Of a stretch of DNA of 64,000 nucleotides, positions 20,126 through 31,735 are shown piece after piece. The position numbers were made by a program, and so were the translations under genes. The number at the start of each line of letters is the position of its first letter. The first letter of the stretch is position 1. The stretch covers positions 5,449 through 69,448 of the forward strand of contig JANPGJ010000547.1 in NCBI GenBank assembly GCA_031423955.1, given 5' to 3'. Below the pieces are notes generated by a model. It had not been told where the DNA came from. It made no database searches and saw only the letters and a list, made by a program, of their open reading frames with translations. The DNA is from Burkholderiales bacterium. GTDB lineage: Bacteria; Pseudomonadota; Gammaproteobacteria; Burkholderiales; JAEUOS01.

Positions 20126-20231
20126 AAGTGGGATTCCTCGGCCCGGAGCACGGCGGAGACCGGGTTCGATCAGCGCATCGCCTGGATGCCCGAAAAGCCC
20201 ATTGAACTTCCTGGCCTTCCTTCCAAAACGG

Positions 20232-20906
20232 CTAGTCCAGGCTTCGCTGTCGGGGCGTGAGCAACCAGGCAGGCGCACACTGCATCGCCTTGCACGCTCG
20301 CCGCAGCGCCGCCATCGCGGCACGCGGCACATCCAGATCATCCTCATCCGGATGCCAGGCATGCCCCGACTTATCCGCATACAGATCAGCCAGCGCCCAT
20401 GCAGGCGCGAGCGCGCGCAGGCCGTAGGTCGCGATATTGCCTGGCGCGTTGGTATCTGCCGCCCCCACCCAGGCCACCTGCGCCTGCATGAATTGAAACC
20501 ACGACACAGGGCGGGGAAACAGCGTGGCGCCATCAATCTGGACGTAGCTGCTGCGCGCTTCCACCGCCACGTGCAGGGTCGAGGGGATCTGCGTGGTCCA
20601 GCCGGCGCTATGCAATATCGATGCGCCGCACAGCGTGGCCGAGGGATACTTCATCAACAGCGCTTTTACGCTGTGGGCGCTGTCGCCGTTGCGATCCACA
20701 ACCCGGTTGAAGTAGATGCCGGCGCGCGGCCCCGCGCTCTCGATCATTTTTTTGCCTGCCCAGCGTGTCAGTGCGACTTTGGCGCTCGCGCGGCTCATGC
20801 CGGTGGCGCGCACCAGCGTATTGAGGGAGAACACCGGCGGCAAGTCCTTCAGCCGGTCGTAGCCGGAGACATAGGTGCCCCCTGCCTTGCGCGCGGCGCT
20901 GCTCAT
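20232..20906 (-). CDS. AbiEi-like winged-helix protein (putative antitoxin/transcriptional repressor)
   Basis: N-terminal wHTH-like LNTLVRATGMSRASAKVALTRWAGKKMIE. 224 aa. Its start overlaps the upstream AbiEii stop as ATGA. Confidence 0.5.
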   Translation of the reverse strand: MSSAARKAGGTYVSGYDRLKDLPPVFSLNTLVRATGMSRASAKVALTRWAGKKMIESAGPRAGIYFNRVVDRNGDSAHSVKALLMKYPSATLCGASILHSAGWTTQIPSTLHVAVEARSSYVQIDGATLFPRPVSWFQFMQAQVAWVGAADTNAPGNIATYGLRALAPAWALADLYADKSGHAWHPDEDDLDVPRAAMAALRRACKAMQCAPAWLLTPRQRSLD

Positions 20907-21835
20907 GCGCGGTCTCCAGGCGGAACCGAATGCAGATCGGCGTTCGCTCTATCGCCATGCTCGATATGGGCTGACACGTTTTCGATGGTGTGAAAAACAT
21001 ATTCAACGATCTGACGAATACCCTCCGGCTGCATGCCCGTCCAAAGTGACGCAGGCAGCCAGTTGCGGATGCCGGGGTCGGCGAGTTTCGTAAGTTGGCG
21101 CTTGTCCTGTTTCAGGAACAGCGCGAGCGCCTGCGCTGGCGGCAAATCCTGCAGCGGCGTGTAGGCGCTGATGTTGTGCAAGAACTGTTTGCACAATGGG
21201 TTCATCTTCAAATCGGCACTGGTCTGGGTGCCGATCCACCACAGATCGTAAAGATCGCGCCATTTCAAATAAGGGCGCGTGGCGAATGCGGTGAGTTTGT
21301 CGGCATAGGCGGTCTCCAGCGACGCCGCCGGTACCGGACTGTGTACCAGGGAGTAGAAATCGAGCGATGCGGGTTGCGCCCGCGGCGTGCGCATCTGGGT
21401 GGGATACTTCTTGAGGTAGGCCGGTTTGGTGCGCCAGAACTCGGCTTTGATTTTTGCCATGCCGATATAGCGTGGGTGCGAGACGGTAATCATGTAACTC
21501 GCCATGCGCTGCGCGTCTTTGGTCTTATCGGCAATGGCAATCATGAAATCCGGGTCAACGCGCCGCGCCATTTCCGACATGGTGGCGTGAATGGCATGCA
21601 CGGCGGCATCCAGATTGCGCACGGCCCGCGACAGTAAAAAATCGAGGTCTTCGGAATGGCGCGACGAATTCCATGACAAACGCAAGGAGGTGCCGCCATG
21701 AAACGCCAGCTCGCCGGAAGCCCAGCGGGTCTGATTCATCAGCGCTTCGAGATACAGAGCATGCGCCATCTGCGCCCACTCGGTGGCGAGGGCTGGTGTG
21801 AGCGATTGCCGTTTGGGTGTTTTCAACGAATTCAT
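20903..21835 (-). CDS. nucleotidyltransferase AbiEii/AbiGii toxin family protein
   Basis: FHGGTSLRLSWNSSRHSEDLDFLLS is the DUF1814/AbiEii NTase motif. The ATG at 21835 is preferred over the TTG at 21847. Confidence 0.7.
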   Translation of the reverse strand: MNSLKTPKRQSLTPALATEWAQMAHALYLEALMNQTRWASGELAFHGGTSLRLSWNSSRHSEDLDFLLSRAVRNLDAAVHAIHATMSEMARRVDPDFMIAIADKTKDAQRMASYMITVSHPRYIGMAKIKAEFWRTKPAYLKKYPTQMRTPRAQPASLDFYSLVHSPVPAASLETAYADKLTAFATRPYLKWRDLYDLWWIGTQTSADLKMNPLCKQFLHNISAYTPLQDLPPAQALALFLKQDKRQLTKLADPGIRNWLPASLWTGMQPEGIRQIVEYVFHTIENVSAHIEHGDRANADLHSVPPGDRA

Positions 21836-21840
21836 TTGGA

Positions 21841-21856
21841 TTAACAATGTTGTTAA
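21841..21856. promoter_or_regulatory. palindromic operator candidate TTAACAA-TG-TTGTTAA
   Basis: Perfect 7-bp inverted arms, 6 nt upstream of the AbiEii ATG, inside an AT-rich stretch (21841-21890). Confidence 0.35.
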
Positions 21857-22111
21857 CCTAAATATATTCTATCATTTGCATTCACAGCCGCGATTGGCTG
21901 GTTCCGATGATGCTCGAGGTCATTTATCCGGGCCTTGCCAGGCTCTAGACCTGGCCCGGTTCAAGGCCGCGCCCGGGGAAGCTTTTGAAGCTTCCGACGC
22001 CTGAGGCAGGACGCATTCCGGCGCAAGCAATACCCGGGTTTCAAACAGGCGGGCCGCCTGTGACGTCGAGGTCGCGAAACAGCGACGCTCTGCTCGCCCG
22101 GCGCGGGCGCC

Positions 22112-22849
22112 TCAAAAATCGCCCCAGCGCGCATGAATCGCCGCCAGCGCCGCCAGCGCCGCCGTTTCGGTGCGCATCACGCGCGGCCCCAGCAATATCG
22201 GCGCGAAGCCGGCGGCTTCAGCATGCGATTCTTCGGCATCAGACAAGCCGGCTTCGGGGCCGATCAACAGGGTAATCGGCGTGCCGGGCGTGGGCTCGGG
22301 CAGGCTGGAGAAGCGGGTGGCATGCACCGGTGAGAGCAGCAATTTCAGGCCTGGTTGCAGGCGCATCGCTGCCAGCCAGTGGTCGATTGCCACCACCGGT
22401 GCGATCGCCGGAATGCGGTTGCGGCCGCACTGCTCACAGGCTGATTGGGCTATGGCGCGCCAGTGTTCCAGGCGCTTGGCGGCGCGCTCGGGGTTCAGGC
22501 GCAGCACCGAGCGGGACGCCGCTAGAGGCTGGATTGTGGTTGCCCCCAGCTCAACCGATTTTTCGACCACCCAGTCCATCTTGTCGCCGCCGGCCAAGCC
22601 TTGCGCGATGGTCACGGGGTAGGGTGCTTCGGTCTCGCGTTGATGGAATTCGAGGATGTGGACCGTGACCTGCGTTTTTGTCACGCTTGCGAGGCGGGCG
22701 CGAAATTCGCCGCCCAGGCCGTTGAGCAGGGTGACTTCGTCGCCGACGGTCAGCCGCAGCACATCGCGTGCGTGATGGGCCGGTTTGTCGGGCAGGCCGA
22801 GGGTTTGGCCGGCAGCGATCTCGCCTTGGCAAAACAGGCGCGGAATCAT
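22112..22849 (-). CDS. rsmE: 16S rRNA (uracil1498-N3)-methyltransferase
   Basis: The ATG at 22849 gives MIPRLFCQGEI...HARDVLRL. The C-terminal LLIGPEAGLSDAEE...LGPRVMRTETA is RsmE-specific. Confidence 0.85.
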   Translation of the reverse strand: MIPRLFCQGEIAAGQTLGLPDKPAHHARDVLRLTVGDEVTLLNGLGGEFRARLASVTKTQVTVHILEFHQRETEAPYPVTIAQGLAGGDKMDWVVEKSVELGATTIQPLAASRSVLRLNPERAAKRLEHWRAIAQSACEQCGRNRIPAIAPVVAIDHWLAAMRLQPGLKLLLSPVHATRFSSLPEPTPGTPITLLIGPEAGLSDAEESHAEAAGFAPILLGPRVMRTETAALAALAAIHARWGDF

Positions 22850-23211
22850 CGATCTTCCCCGCGCGCAACGCCTTGCAGCCGGCTGCGCGCCGGATCGAAG
22901 TAGACGAGCAAAACATCGCGCAACGCGCGCGCCTTGGCCGAATTGTCGGCACCGAAGTTGCACACGTAGATGTCGAGGGTGACGCCCATCTTTTCCGGCC
23001 AGGTGTGTACCGCCATGTGCGATTCGGCCAGCAGCACCACGGCGGTGATGCCGGCGCTGCCCGGAAAGGTGTGAAACAGCTCACCCACCGGTGTCAGACC
23101 GGCCTTGCGCACCGCCTGCAGGCAGTGGTCGCGCAGGCCCGCCATGTCGGTCAGGTGCTCGAGCGGGCAGCGGCAATCGAACAGGTCGCCGGTCAGGTGC
23201 AGGCCCTGCAT
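22846..23211 (-). CDS. S-adenosylmethionine decarboxylase family protein (small SpeH-like proenzyme)
   Basis: The ATG at 23211 gives MQGLHLTGDLFDC...VVLLAESHMAVHTWPE, which is the self-processing ES/H..HTWPE motif. Its TGA overlaps the rsmE ATG. Confidence 0.7.
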   Translation of the reverse strand: MQGLHLTGDLFDCRCPLEHLTDMAGLRDHCLQAVRKAGLTPVGELFHTFPGSAGITAVVLLAESHMAVHTWPEKMGVTLDIYVCNFGADNSAKARALRDVLLVYFDPARSRLQGVARGEDR

Positions 23212-23408
23212 TTGGGGGGCTCGATTCCGCGGGGTGGTTGGGCGCCGGTGCGATTCCGCGCTGTGGCAAACGGGGCTGATAGCATGGGATGACCGCGTAT
23301 AATTATAAGTTCTCCGCCTGCCATGACTCCGCCGGCCGCAAGCATCGCGCGGGGAGGGGCGCGGAGTCCTGGCTGCAACGGCTCCACCACCCCTTTCAAG
23401 CCCGATCG

Positions 23409-25421
23409 ATGACTGCCCAAGCTTCACCTGCCACACTGGCAAACGCCATCCGCGCCCTTGCCATGGACGCCGTCCAGCAGGCCAATTCCGGCCATCCGGG
23501 CATGCCGATGGGCATGGCCGATATCGCCGTGGCCCTGTGGAACCGCCATTTGCGCCACAACCCGGCCAACCCGCACTGGGCCGACCGCGATCGTTTCGTG
23601 GTGTCCAATGGTCACGGTTCGATGTTGCTCTATGCTCTCCTGCACCTGACGGGCTACGACCTCCCCATCGAGGAACTGAAGAAGTTCCGCCAGTTGCACT
23701 CGAAAACGCCGGGCCATCCGGAATACGGCATGACGCCAGGCGTCGAGACCACCACCGGACCGTTGGGCCAGGGGCTGACCAATGCGGTCGGCATGGCGTT
23801 GGCGGAAGAACTGATGGCGACCGCGTTCAACCGGCCGGGCCATACCATCGTCGATCATCACACCTACGTTTTCCTCGGCGACGGTTGCCTGATGGAGGGC
23901 ATTTCGCACGAGGCCGCATCGCTGGCAGGCACCTGGGGTCTCTCCAGGCTGGTCGCGCTCTACGACGACAATGGCATTTCGATCGACGGCAAGACCGCCG
24001 GCTGGTTTACCGACGACACGCCGAAGCGCTTCGAGGCCTACGGCTGGAACGTGATTCCGCATGTCGACGGCCACGATGTCGAGGCAGTCGATGCCGCCAT
24101 CAAGGCGGCCAAGGCACAGGACAAGCGCCCGACCCTGATCTGCTGCAAAACCGTGATCGGCCGTGGCGCGCCGACCCGCGCCGGGACTGCCAAGGCGCAT
24201 GGCGAGGCGCTGGGCAAGGAAGAGGTCGCGGCCACCCGCGTGGCACTTGGCTGGCCTGATGAACCCTTCGTGATTCCCGCCGAGGTGTATGCCGGCTGGA
24301 ATGCCCGCGAATGCGGCGGGCTGCTTGAAAAAGTCTGGAACGAAAAGTTCGCCGCCTATGCCGCCGCGCATCCCGACCTGGCCGCAGAGTTCCGGCGCCG
24401 CATGGCAGGTGACTTGCCTGCCAACTGGAATGCGACCGTTGCCGCGTTGATCGATGGTGCCAACACGAAGGCGGAAACCGTGGCCACCCGCAAGGCCTCG
24501 CAGGGGGCGATTTCCGGCATCGCGCCGGTGCTGCCTGAACTCATCGGCGGTTCGGCCGACCTGATGGGCAGCGTGTTTACCAACTGGCCTGGCAGCCAGG
24601 TGGTGGCGCGGGGCGCGGACGGCAAACTTGCCGGCAACATTGTCAATTTCGGCGTGCGTGAATTCGCCATGGCGGCGATCACCAACGGCATGAGCCTGCA
24701 CGGCGGCTTCATTCCGGAGACCGGCACCTTCCTGACCTTCTCCGACTACTCGCGCAATGCCCTGCGCATGGCGTCGCTGATGAAGCTGCGCAATATCTTC
24801 GTCTTCACCCACGACTCCATCGGTGTGGGCGAAGACGGTCCGACCCACCAGCCGATCGAACACGTGTCGAGCCTGCGGCTGATTCCCGGCATGCATGTCT
24901 GGCGCCCTTGCGATACGGTTGAATCGGCCGTGGCGTGGACCCAGGCGGTGGCACATCGCGACGGCCCGGCTTGCCTGATATTCACCCGCCAGAACTCGCA
25001 GTTCCAGGTGCGCTCAGCCGGCACCATCGCCAACATCGCGCGCGGCGGCTACGTGCTGGCCGACGCCACGGCAAAGCCTGCCGCCATCATCATTGCCACC
25101 GGCTCCGAGGTCGAGCTTGCTGTCAAGGCACGCGAACTGCTCGCCGCCGGAGGCGTGCAGGTGCGCGTGGTGTCAATGCCTTGCACCCAGGTGTTCGACG
25201 CCCAGGACGCGGCTTACCGCGAATCGGTGTTGCCGCGCGGCGTGCCGCGCGTGGCCGTGGAGGCGGGCGTGACCGATTTCTGGTGGAAGTATGTGGGGCT
25301 TGAAGGCAGGGTGATCGGCATCGACCGCTTCGGCGAATCGGCGCCGTTCAAGGATTTGTACGCGTTCTTCGGCTTCACAACCGACAAGGTTGCCGCAGCC
25401 GTCAAGAGTGTTTTGAACTGA
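23409..25421 (+). CDS. tkt: transketolase
   Basis: [44 protein letters not shown] and other Tkt motifs. 670 aa from the ATG at 23409. Confidence 0.95.
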   Translation: MTAQASPATLANAIRALAMDAVQQANSGHPGMPMGMADIAVALWNRHLRHNPANPHWADRDRFVVSNGHGSMLLYALLHLTGYDLPIEELKKFRQLHSKTPGHPEYGMTPGVETTTGPLGQGLTNAVGMALAEELMATAFNRPGHTIVDHHTYVFLGDGCLMEGISHEAASLAGTWGLSRLVALYDDNGISIDGKTAGWFTDDTPKRFEAYGWNVIPHVDGHDVEAVDAAIKAAKAQDKRPTLICCKTVIGRGAPTRAGTAKAHGEALGKEEVAATRVALGWPDEPFVIPAEVYAGWNARECGGLLEKVWNEKFAAYAAAHPDLAAEFRRRMAGDLPANWNATVAALIDGANTKAETVATRKASQGAISGIAPVLPELIGGSADLMGSVFTNWPGSQVVARGADGKLAGNIVNFGVREFAMAAITNGMSLHGGFIPETGTFLTFSDYSRNALRMASLMKLRNIFVFTHDSIGVGEDGPTHQPIEHVSSLRLIPGMHVWRPCDTVESAVAWTQAVAHRDGPACLIFTRQNSQFQVRSAGTIANIARGGYVLADATAKPAAIIIATGSEVELAVKARELLAAGGVQVRVVSMPCTQVFDAQDAAYRESVLPRGVPRVAVEAGVTDFWWKYVGLEGRVIGIDRFGESAPFKDLYAFFGFTTDKVAAAVKSVLN

Positions 25422-25425
25422 GTGA

Positions 25426-26436
<1,011 letters not shown>

Positions 26437-26467
26437 TCCAGTTGTAACGCACATACCGGGCAAGCCG

Positions 26468-27649
26468 ATGAAATTCCTCCGCCTCGAAGATCTTGACCTA
26501 CGGGCTAAGCGCGTGTTCATCCGCGCCGATCTCAACGTGCCGCAGGACGATGCCGGCAACATCACCGACGACACGCGCATTCGCGCCTCGCTTCCGGGCA
26601 TCCGCATGGCCGTCCAGGCCGGCGCCGCGGTGATGGTGACCTCCCATCTGGGGCGCCCGACCGAGGGTGAGGTCAAGCCTGCCGATTCACTGGCGCCGAT
26701 CGCCAGGCGCTTGGGCGAACTGCTGGGCCGCGATGTGCCGCTGAAAGCCGGCTGGGTCGATGGTGTCGCGGTGACGCCGGGGCAGGTGGTGCTGCTGGAG
26801 AATTGCCGCTGCAACAAGGGCGAGAAAAAGAACGATGATGCCCTGGCGCGAAAGATGGCCGCGCTTTGCGACATCTATGTCAACGACGCTTTCGGCACCG
26901 CGCACCGTGCCGAAGCCACCACCCACGGCATCGCCAAATACGCGGCCATCGCCTGCGCCGGCCCACTGATGGCGGCTGAACTCGATGCCTTGGGTGCGGC
27001 CCTGCTGGCGCCCAAGCGCCCCTTGCTGGCGATCGTCGCCGGGTCCAAGGTATCGACCAAACTGACGATCCTGAAGGCGTTGGCGGAACGCGTCGATCAC
27101 ATGATCGTCGGTGGCGGCATCGCCAATACCTTCATGCTGGCCGAGGGCTTGCCGATCGGCAAGTCACTGGCCGAGGCCGAGATGGTCGATGAGGCGCGCG
27201 CGGTGATCGCGATGATGAAAGCGAAAAACGGCTCGGTGCCAATTCCGGTCGATGTGGTGACCGGGCGCGCTTTTTCGGCAAGCGAACCGGCCGTCACCAA
27301 GGCGGCCACCGAGGTGGCGCCGGACGACATGATTTTCGATATCGGACCCAAGAGCGCAGAGGCGCTGTCCGGCCTGATCGCCAACGCCGGCACCATCGTA
27401 TGGAACGGGCCGGTCGGCGTCTTCGAATTCGACCAGTTCGGTGGCGGCACGCGTGCGGTAGCCGAGGCGATTGGCGCATCGGCGGCATATTCGATCGCCG
27501 GCGGCGGCGACACGATTGCCGCGATCAACAAATACGGTGTCGCCGATAAAATCAGCTACATCTCCACCGCTGGTGGCGCCTTCCTTGAATTTCTCGAAGG
27601 CAAGACTTTGCCCGCCGTTGACATACTGGTGCAACGCTTCAAAGCCTGA
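26468..27649 (+). CDS. pgk: phosphoglycerate kinase
   Basis: The ATG at 26468 gives [25 protein letters not shown]. The C-terminal [14 protein letters not shown] is also present. Confidence 0.95.
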   Translation: MKFLRLEDLDLRAKRVFIRADLNVPQDDAGNITDDTRIRASLPGIRMAVQAGAAVMVTSHLGRPTEGEVKPADSLAPIARRLGELLGRDVPLKAGWVDGVAVTPGQVVLLENCRCNKGEKKNDDALARKMAALCDIYVNDAFGTAHRAEATTHGIAKYAAIACAGPLMAAELDALGAALLAPKRPLLAIVAGSKVSTKLTILKALAERVDHMIVGGGIANTFMLAEGLPIGKSLAEAEMVDEARAVIAMMKAKNGSVPIPVDVVTGRAFSASEPAVTKAATEVAPDDMIFDIGPKSAEALSGLIANAGTIVWNGPVGVFEFDQFGGGTRAVAEAIGASAAYSIAGGGDTIAAINKYGVADKISYISTAGGAFLEFLEGKTLPAVDILVQRFKA

Positions 27650-27759
27650 ATCGCGATTGCAATCGAATACGAGGCGATTCGACGCGAATCGCGTTTCACA
27701 AATCCACGCGACCCACTCAACCGTTGGCGCTGCGTTCCACCGCCGCTAAAGGAAACCGC

Positions 27760-29190
27760 ATGTCCCGCTCCACCAAAATAGTTGCCACCTTGGGCCCTGC
27801 CTCAAGCAGTGTGGAGATGCTCGACAAGTTGATCGCCGCCGGCGTCGATGTGGTACGCCTTAATTTTTCGCATGGCACCGCCGCCGATCATATCGAGCGT
27901 GCGCGCGTGGTGCGCGAAGTCGCGGCCAGGCACAAGCGCGGCATCGCCATCCTCGCCGATCTGCAGGGTCCGAAAATCCGCGTCGGCAAATTCAAGGATG
28001 GCAAGGTCACGCTGGTCAATGGCGCTCCGTTCACGCTCGACGCCGACGCCGTTATCGGCGACGAAAAATCGGTCGGCATCGACTACAAGGAACTGCCGCA
28101 AGACGTCAAGCGCGGCGATGTGCTGTTGCTTGACGACGGCAAGATCGTGCTCACGGTTGACAAAGTGCTGGGCAGTCGCGTCTCGACCACCGTCAAGGTG
28201 GGCGGCGTGCTGTCGAACAACAAGGGTATCAACAAGCAGGGCGGCGGCCTCACCGCGCCGCCTTTGACCGCGAAGGACATCGAAGACATCAACACCGTGG
28301 TGGCGATCAAGGCCGACTACCTCGCCATCTCCTTTCCCAAGAGCGGCGCCGACATGTACATGGCGCGCGAACTGATGCGCGCACGCGGTGGAAAATCATT
28401 GCTGATCGCCAAGATCGAACGTGCCGAGGCGATTCCTGCGCTCGAGGAAATCCTGAAAGCCTCGGACGGCATCATGGTCGCGCGCGGCGACCTCGCGGTC
28501 GAAGTCGGCGATGCCGCCGTGCCGGCCCTGCAGAAGCGCATGATCCGCATGGCGCGCGAGATGAACAAGCTCACCATCACCGCGACGCAGATGATGGAGT
28601 CGATGATCACCTCGCCAGTGCCAACCCGCGCCGAGGTGAGCGACTGCGCCAACGCCGTGCTCGACGGCACCGACGCGGTGATGCTGTCGGCCGAATCGGC
28701 CTCGGGCCAGTTCCCGGTCGAGGCGGTCGAAGCGATGGTGCGCATTTGTATCGAGACCGATAAATCGATGGATGCCGACGTGCGGCTCGATCAGGAATTC
28801 ATGAATCGCGTGTTCACGCGCATCGACCAGGCGATTGCCATGAGTGCGCTGTTCACCGCGCATCACCTGAAGGTCAAGGCGCTGGTCGCGCTCACGCAGT
28901 CGGGCTCCACCGCGCTCTGGATGAGCCGCCTCAACTCGGGCGTGCCGATCTATGCGCTCACGCCTGACCCGGAGACCTACACCAAGCTCGCGCTGTTCCG
29001 CGACACGCGTACGTTCCTGATGCCGCAGCACAGCCACGACCGTGACAAGCTGCTGGCCGAGTCGGAAGCGCATCTGGTCAAAGCCGGCGTGGTTGAGGCG
29101 GGCGATCTCATCATCATCACCATTGGCGAGCCGATCGGCAAAACCGGCGGCACCAATACGCTCAAGATCGTGCGGGTTGGCGAGACCTGA
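27760..29190 (+). CDS. pyk: pyruvate kinase
   Basis: TKIVATLGPAS, VARGDLAVE and MLSAESA motifs. 476 aa from the ATG at 27760. Confidence 0.95.
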   Translation: MSRSTKIVATLGPASSSVEMLDKLIAAGVDVVRLNFSHGTAADHIERARVVREVAARHKRGIAILADLQGPKIRVGKFKDGKVTLVNGAPFTLDADAVIGDEKSVGIDYKELPQDVKRGDVLLLDDGKIVLTVDKVLGSRVSTTVKVGGVLSNNKGINKQGGGLTAPPLTAKDIEDINTVVAIKADYLAISFPKSGADMYMARELMRARGGKSLLIAKIERAEAIPALEEILKASDGIMVARGDLAVEVGDAAVPALQKRMIRMAREMNKLTITATQMMESMITSPVPTRAEVSDCANAVLDGTDAVMLSAESASGQFPVEAVEAMVRICIETDKSMDADVRLDQEFMNRVFTRIDQAIAMSALFTAHHLKVKALVALTQSGSTALWMSRLNSGVPIYALTPDPETYTKLALFRDTRTFLMPQHSHDRDKLLAESEAHLVKAGVVEAGDLIIITIGEPIGKTGGTNTLKIVRVGET

Positions 29191-29285
29191 AACCGGTTCT
29201 GACCGCCGGACGCGTCGAGAGAGCCGCATCGAGCTAGCCTGAAACCCTTGGTGCAAGCGACTTCTGCAGAGGGGATGGTTGAAAA

Positions 29286-30569
29286 ATGGACGCGGACTCG
29301 CCTGCTTCGCCATCGGTGGTCCAGCCAACGCGTACGGCTGACGTCGCGGCGGCGATTGATGCGGTCTACCGCGCCGAGTCGCGCCGCGTCTTCGCCACAC
29401 TGATCCGCCTGCTCGGCGATTTTGATCTTGCCGAAGAAGCGCTGCATGAAGCCTTTCGCGCCGCCCTCGAACAGTGGCCCGCCAGCGGCATTCCCGCCAA
29501 CCCGACCGCGTGGCTGGTGTCTGCCGGCCGTTTCAAGGCGATCGACAGCCTGCGTCGCCAAAAGCGTTTTGTCGCCTGGGACGACGCTGCCGCAGAAGCG
29601 GATGCCCCGCCGGATACTGGCACCGCGCTTGGCGAGTCCGAGGAACTCGAAGACGACCGCCTGCGCCTGGTCTTCACCTGCTGCCACCCGAGCCTGGCCG
29701 AAGACGCGCAAATCGCGTTGACGTTACGCGAAGTATGCGGCCTCACCACCGAAGAAATCGCACGCGCCTTTTTGCTGCCCGCGCCCACGCTGGCGCAGCG
29801 CATCGTGCGTGCCAAATCAAAAATTCGCGCAGCGCGGATCCCGTATCAGGTACCCGAACGCGATCAATTGCCGGTACGGCTCACCAGCGTGTTGCGCGTG
29901 ATCTATCTGGTGTTCAACGAAGGCTATTCGGCCTCGTCGGGCGCTGCGTTGACGCGCAACGAACTGAGCGACGAAGCGATCCGCCTCGCGCGCCTGCTGC
30001 ACGGACTGCTGCCCGAGGCCGAGGTGACGGGGCTACTGGCACTGATGCTGCTGCACGAGGCACGCCGTGCCGCGCGCACTGACGCTCATGGCGATCTGGT
30101 GCCGCTGGACGAACAGGATCGCGGTCGATGGAGCACCGCACTCATCACCGAAGGCTGCGTGCTCGCCCTGCAAGCGCTGTCGTCACCACGCTTCGGCTCC
30201 TACGCCTTGCAGGCCGCGATTTCGGCAGTTCACGCCGAAGCGCGCACGGCGGATGCGACCGATTGGCCGCAAATCACCGGGCTGTACGACGCGCTGCTGC
30301 AGCGCGACGCCTCGCCGGTGGTGCAGTTGAATCGCGCAGTCGCGCTCGCCATGCGTGACGGACCGGCGGCAGGTCTGGGGCTTGTCAACGCCTTGCTTGC
30401 CCAGGGCGAATTGAACCAATACCACCTGGCGCACGCCGCGCAGGCAGACATGCTGCGCCGACTCGAGCGCCGCGGCGAGGCGCGCGCAGCATATCAGCGC
30501 GCGCTCGAATTGGCGCAACAGGAGCCGGAAAAGCGCTTTCTGCTCAAGCGTTTGGCCGCGCTGGAGTGA
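29286..30569 (+). CDS. ECF-type RNA polymerase sigma factor with long C-terminal (TPR-like) extension, ECF42-like
   Basis: A sigma2-like region (FATLIRLLGDFDLAEEALHEAF...PTAWL) and a sigma4-like region (ALTLREVCGLTTEEIARAF..PTLAQRIVRAKSKI) are followed by a ~220-aa helical tail. The gene neighbours YciI/DGPF genes. Confidence 0.85.
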   Translation: MDADSPASPSVVQPTRTADVAAAIDAVYRAESRRVFATLIRLLGDFDLAEEALHEAFRAALEQWPASGIPANPTAWLVSAGRFKAIDSLRRQKRFVAWDDAAAEADAPPDTGTALGESEELEDDRLRLVFTCCHPSLAEDAQIALTLREVCGLTTEEIARAFLLPAPTLAQRIVRAKSKIRAARIPYQVPERDQLPVRLTSVLRVIYLVFNEGYSASSGAALTRNELSDEAIRLARLLHGLLPEAEVTGLLALMLLHEARRAARTDAHGDLVPLDEQDRGRWSTALITEGCVLALQALSSPRFGSYALQAAISAVHAEARTADATDWPQITGLYDALLQRDASPVVQLNRAVALAMRDGPAAGLGLVNALLAQGELNQYHLAHAAQADMLRRLERRGEARAAYQRALELAQQEPEKRFLLKRLAALE

Positions 30570-30626
30570 TGGGCGACGCGGCTTCGGGCGGGTAACTTCC
30601 GGACCGTGAGAATATTTTTTCCGGGC

Positions 30627-30653
30627 TGTCGATTTGAGCGTGTGCGGTTCGAC
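30627..30653 (+). promoter_or_regulatory. ECF-type promoter candidate TGTCGA-N16-TCGAC(TA), copy 1
   Basis: TGTCGA 30627-30632 and TCGAC 30649-30653, with a T-run and CCGGGC just upstream. It lies 87 nt before the SRPBCC ATG. Confidence 0.55.
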
Positions 30654-30739
30654 TAGGAAGTACAACAGCGTCCCGCATCTCAAACCTTGAGGCTGTAGTG
30701 GTGATCTGGTTAACAACCCATCGAATTGAGGGAGCCAAC

Positions 30740-31267
30740 ATGCTAAAAATCTTCGCTGCTGTCGTACTTCTGTTGGTCACCGGACTGCTCATTTACGCGG
30801 CGACCAAACCGGACGCATTTCGTATCGAGCGATCCACCACCATCAAGGCACCGCCGGAAAAGGTGTTTGCCTTGATCAATGACTTTCACCAATGGGAGGC
30901 CTGGTCTCCCTGGGAAAAGATCGACCCTTCGATCAAGCGCACCTACAGCGGCCCACGCAGCGGTGTCGGCGCCGTATACGAATGGGCCGGCAACAAAGAC
31001 ATAGGTCAGGGACGGATGGAAATCATCGAGTCAAGTGCGTTGTCCAAGGTTTCCCTCAAACTGGATTTCGTGACACCGTTTGAAGCACATAACTTCGTTG
31101 ACTTTACGCTGTCGCCGCAAGGCGACAGCACGAAGTTGACGCAAGCGATGTACGGTCCGAGCCCGTACGTGTCGAAGTTGATGACGATTTTCTTCAGCAT
31201 GGAGAAGATGGTCGGAAGCAAATATGAAGAGGGGCTGGCCGACCTGAAGAAGCTTGCCGAAAAATAG
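30740..31267 (+). CDS. SRPBCC family protein with N-terminal membrane anchor
   Basis: The ATG at 30740 follows GAGGGAG. MLKIFAAVVLLLVTGLLIYAA is followed by RIERSTTIKAPPEKVFALINDFHQWEAW (polyketide-cyclase/START-like). Confidence 0.7.
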   Translation: MLKIFAAVVLLLVTGLLIYAATKPDAFRIERSTTIKAPPEKVFALINDFHQWEAWSPWEKIDPSIKRTYSGPRSGVGAVYEWAGNKDIGQGRMEIIESSALSKVSLKLDFVTPFEAHNFVDFTLSPQGDSTKLTQAMYGPSPYVSKLMTIFFSMEKMVGSKYEEGLADLKKLAEK

Positions 31268-31293
31268 GCGGTGCTCGAGACGGAGATTTACCG

Positions 31294-31659
31294 ATGAAAT
31301 ATCTTTTGCTCGTACACCACAACGAAGCGGCATTCGATCAAATCAGTGATGCCGCGCGACAACAGTTACTCAGCGAGTCAATCGCCCTGACGCACCAACT
31401 TCATGCCGACAGGCAATACATCAGTGCTTCGCCGCTGCATCCGGTTTCGACTGCCGCCCTGGTGCGGGTACGCAATGGCAAGGCGTTGGTGACCGACGGC
31501 CCATTCATCGAAACCCATGAGCAAATAGCCGGCTATTACCTCATCGACGCGCCTGACAAAAAAGCGGCAGTCGAGATTGCGAAGCGGGTGCCCGGGGCGC
31601 AAATCGGCACGGTCGAGGTGCGGCCCGTGGTTGAACTTGCGGGCTTGCCCGGCGACTGA
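31294..31659 (+). CDS. YciI (DGPF) family protein
   Basis: MKYLLLVHH...VTDGPFIETHEQIAGYYLIDA.DKKAA.EIA..VP is the canonical YCII pattern. Confidence 0.8.
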   Translation: MKYLLLVHHNEAAFDQISDAARQQLLSESIALTHQLHADRQYISASPLHPVSTAALVRVRNGKALVTDGPFIETHEQIAGYYLIDAPDKKAAVEIAKRVPGAQIGTVEVRPVVELAGLPGD

Positions 31660-31735
31660 CCGGCGATGTCGACGGGGTCCGTCATTCTGCTGTCGTGTCC
31701 GTACCCTGTCATGGAACCACTTGGAGAAAAAGCAC

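Noticed and set aside
23424-24956. A 510-aa minus-strand ORF.
   Set aside because: It is entirely antisense to transketolase and has shadow-frame composition.
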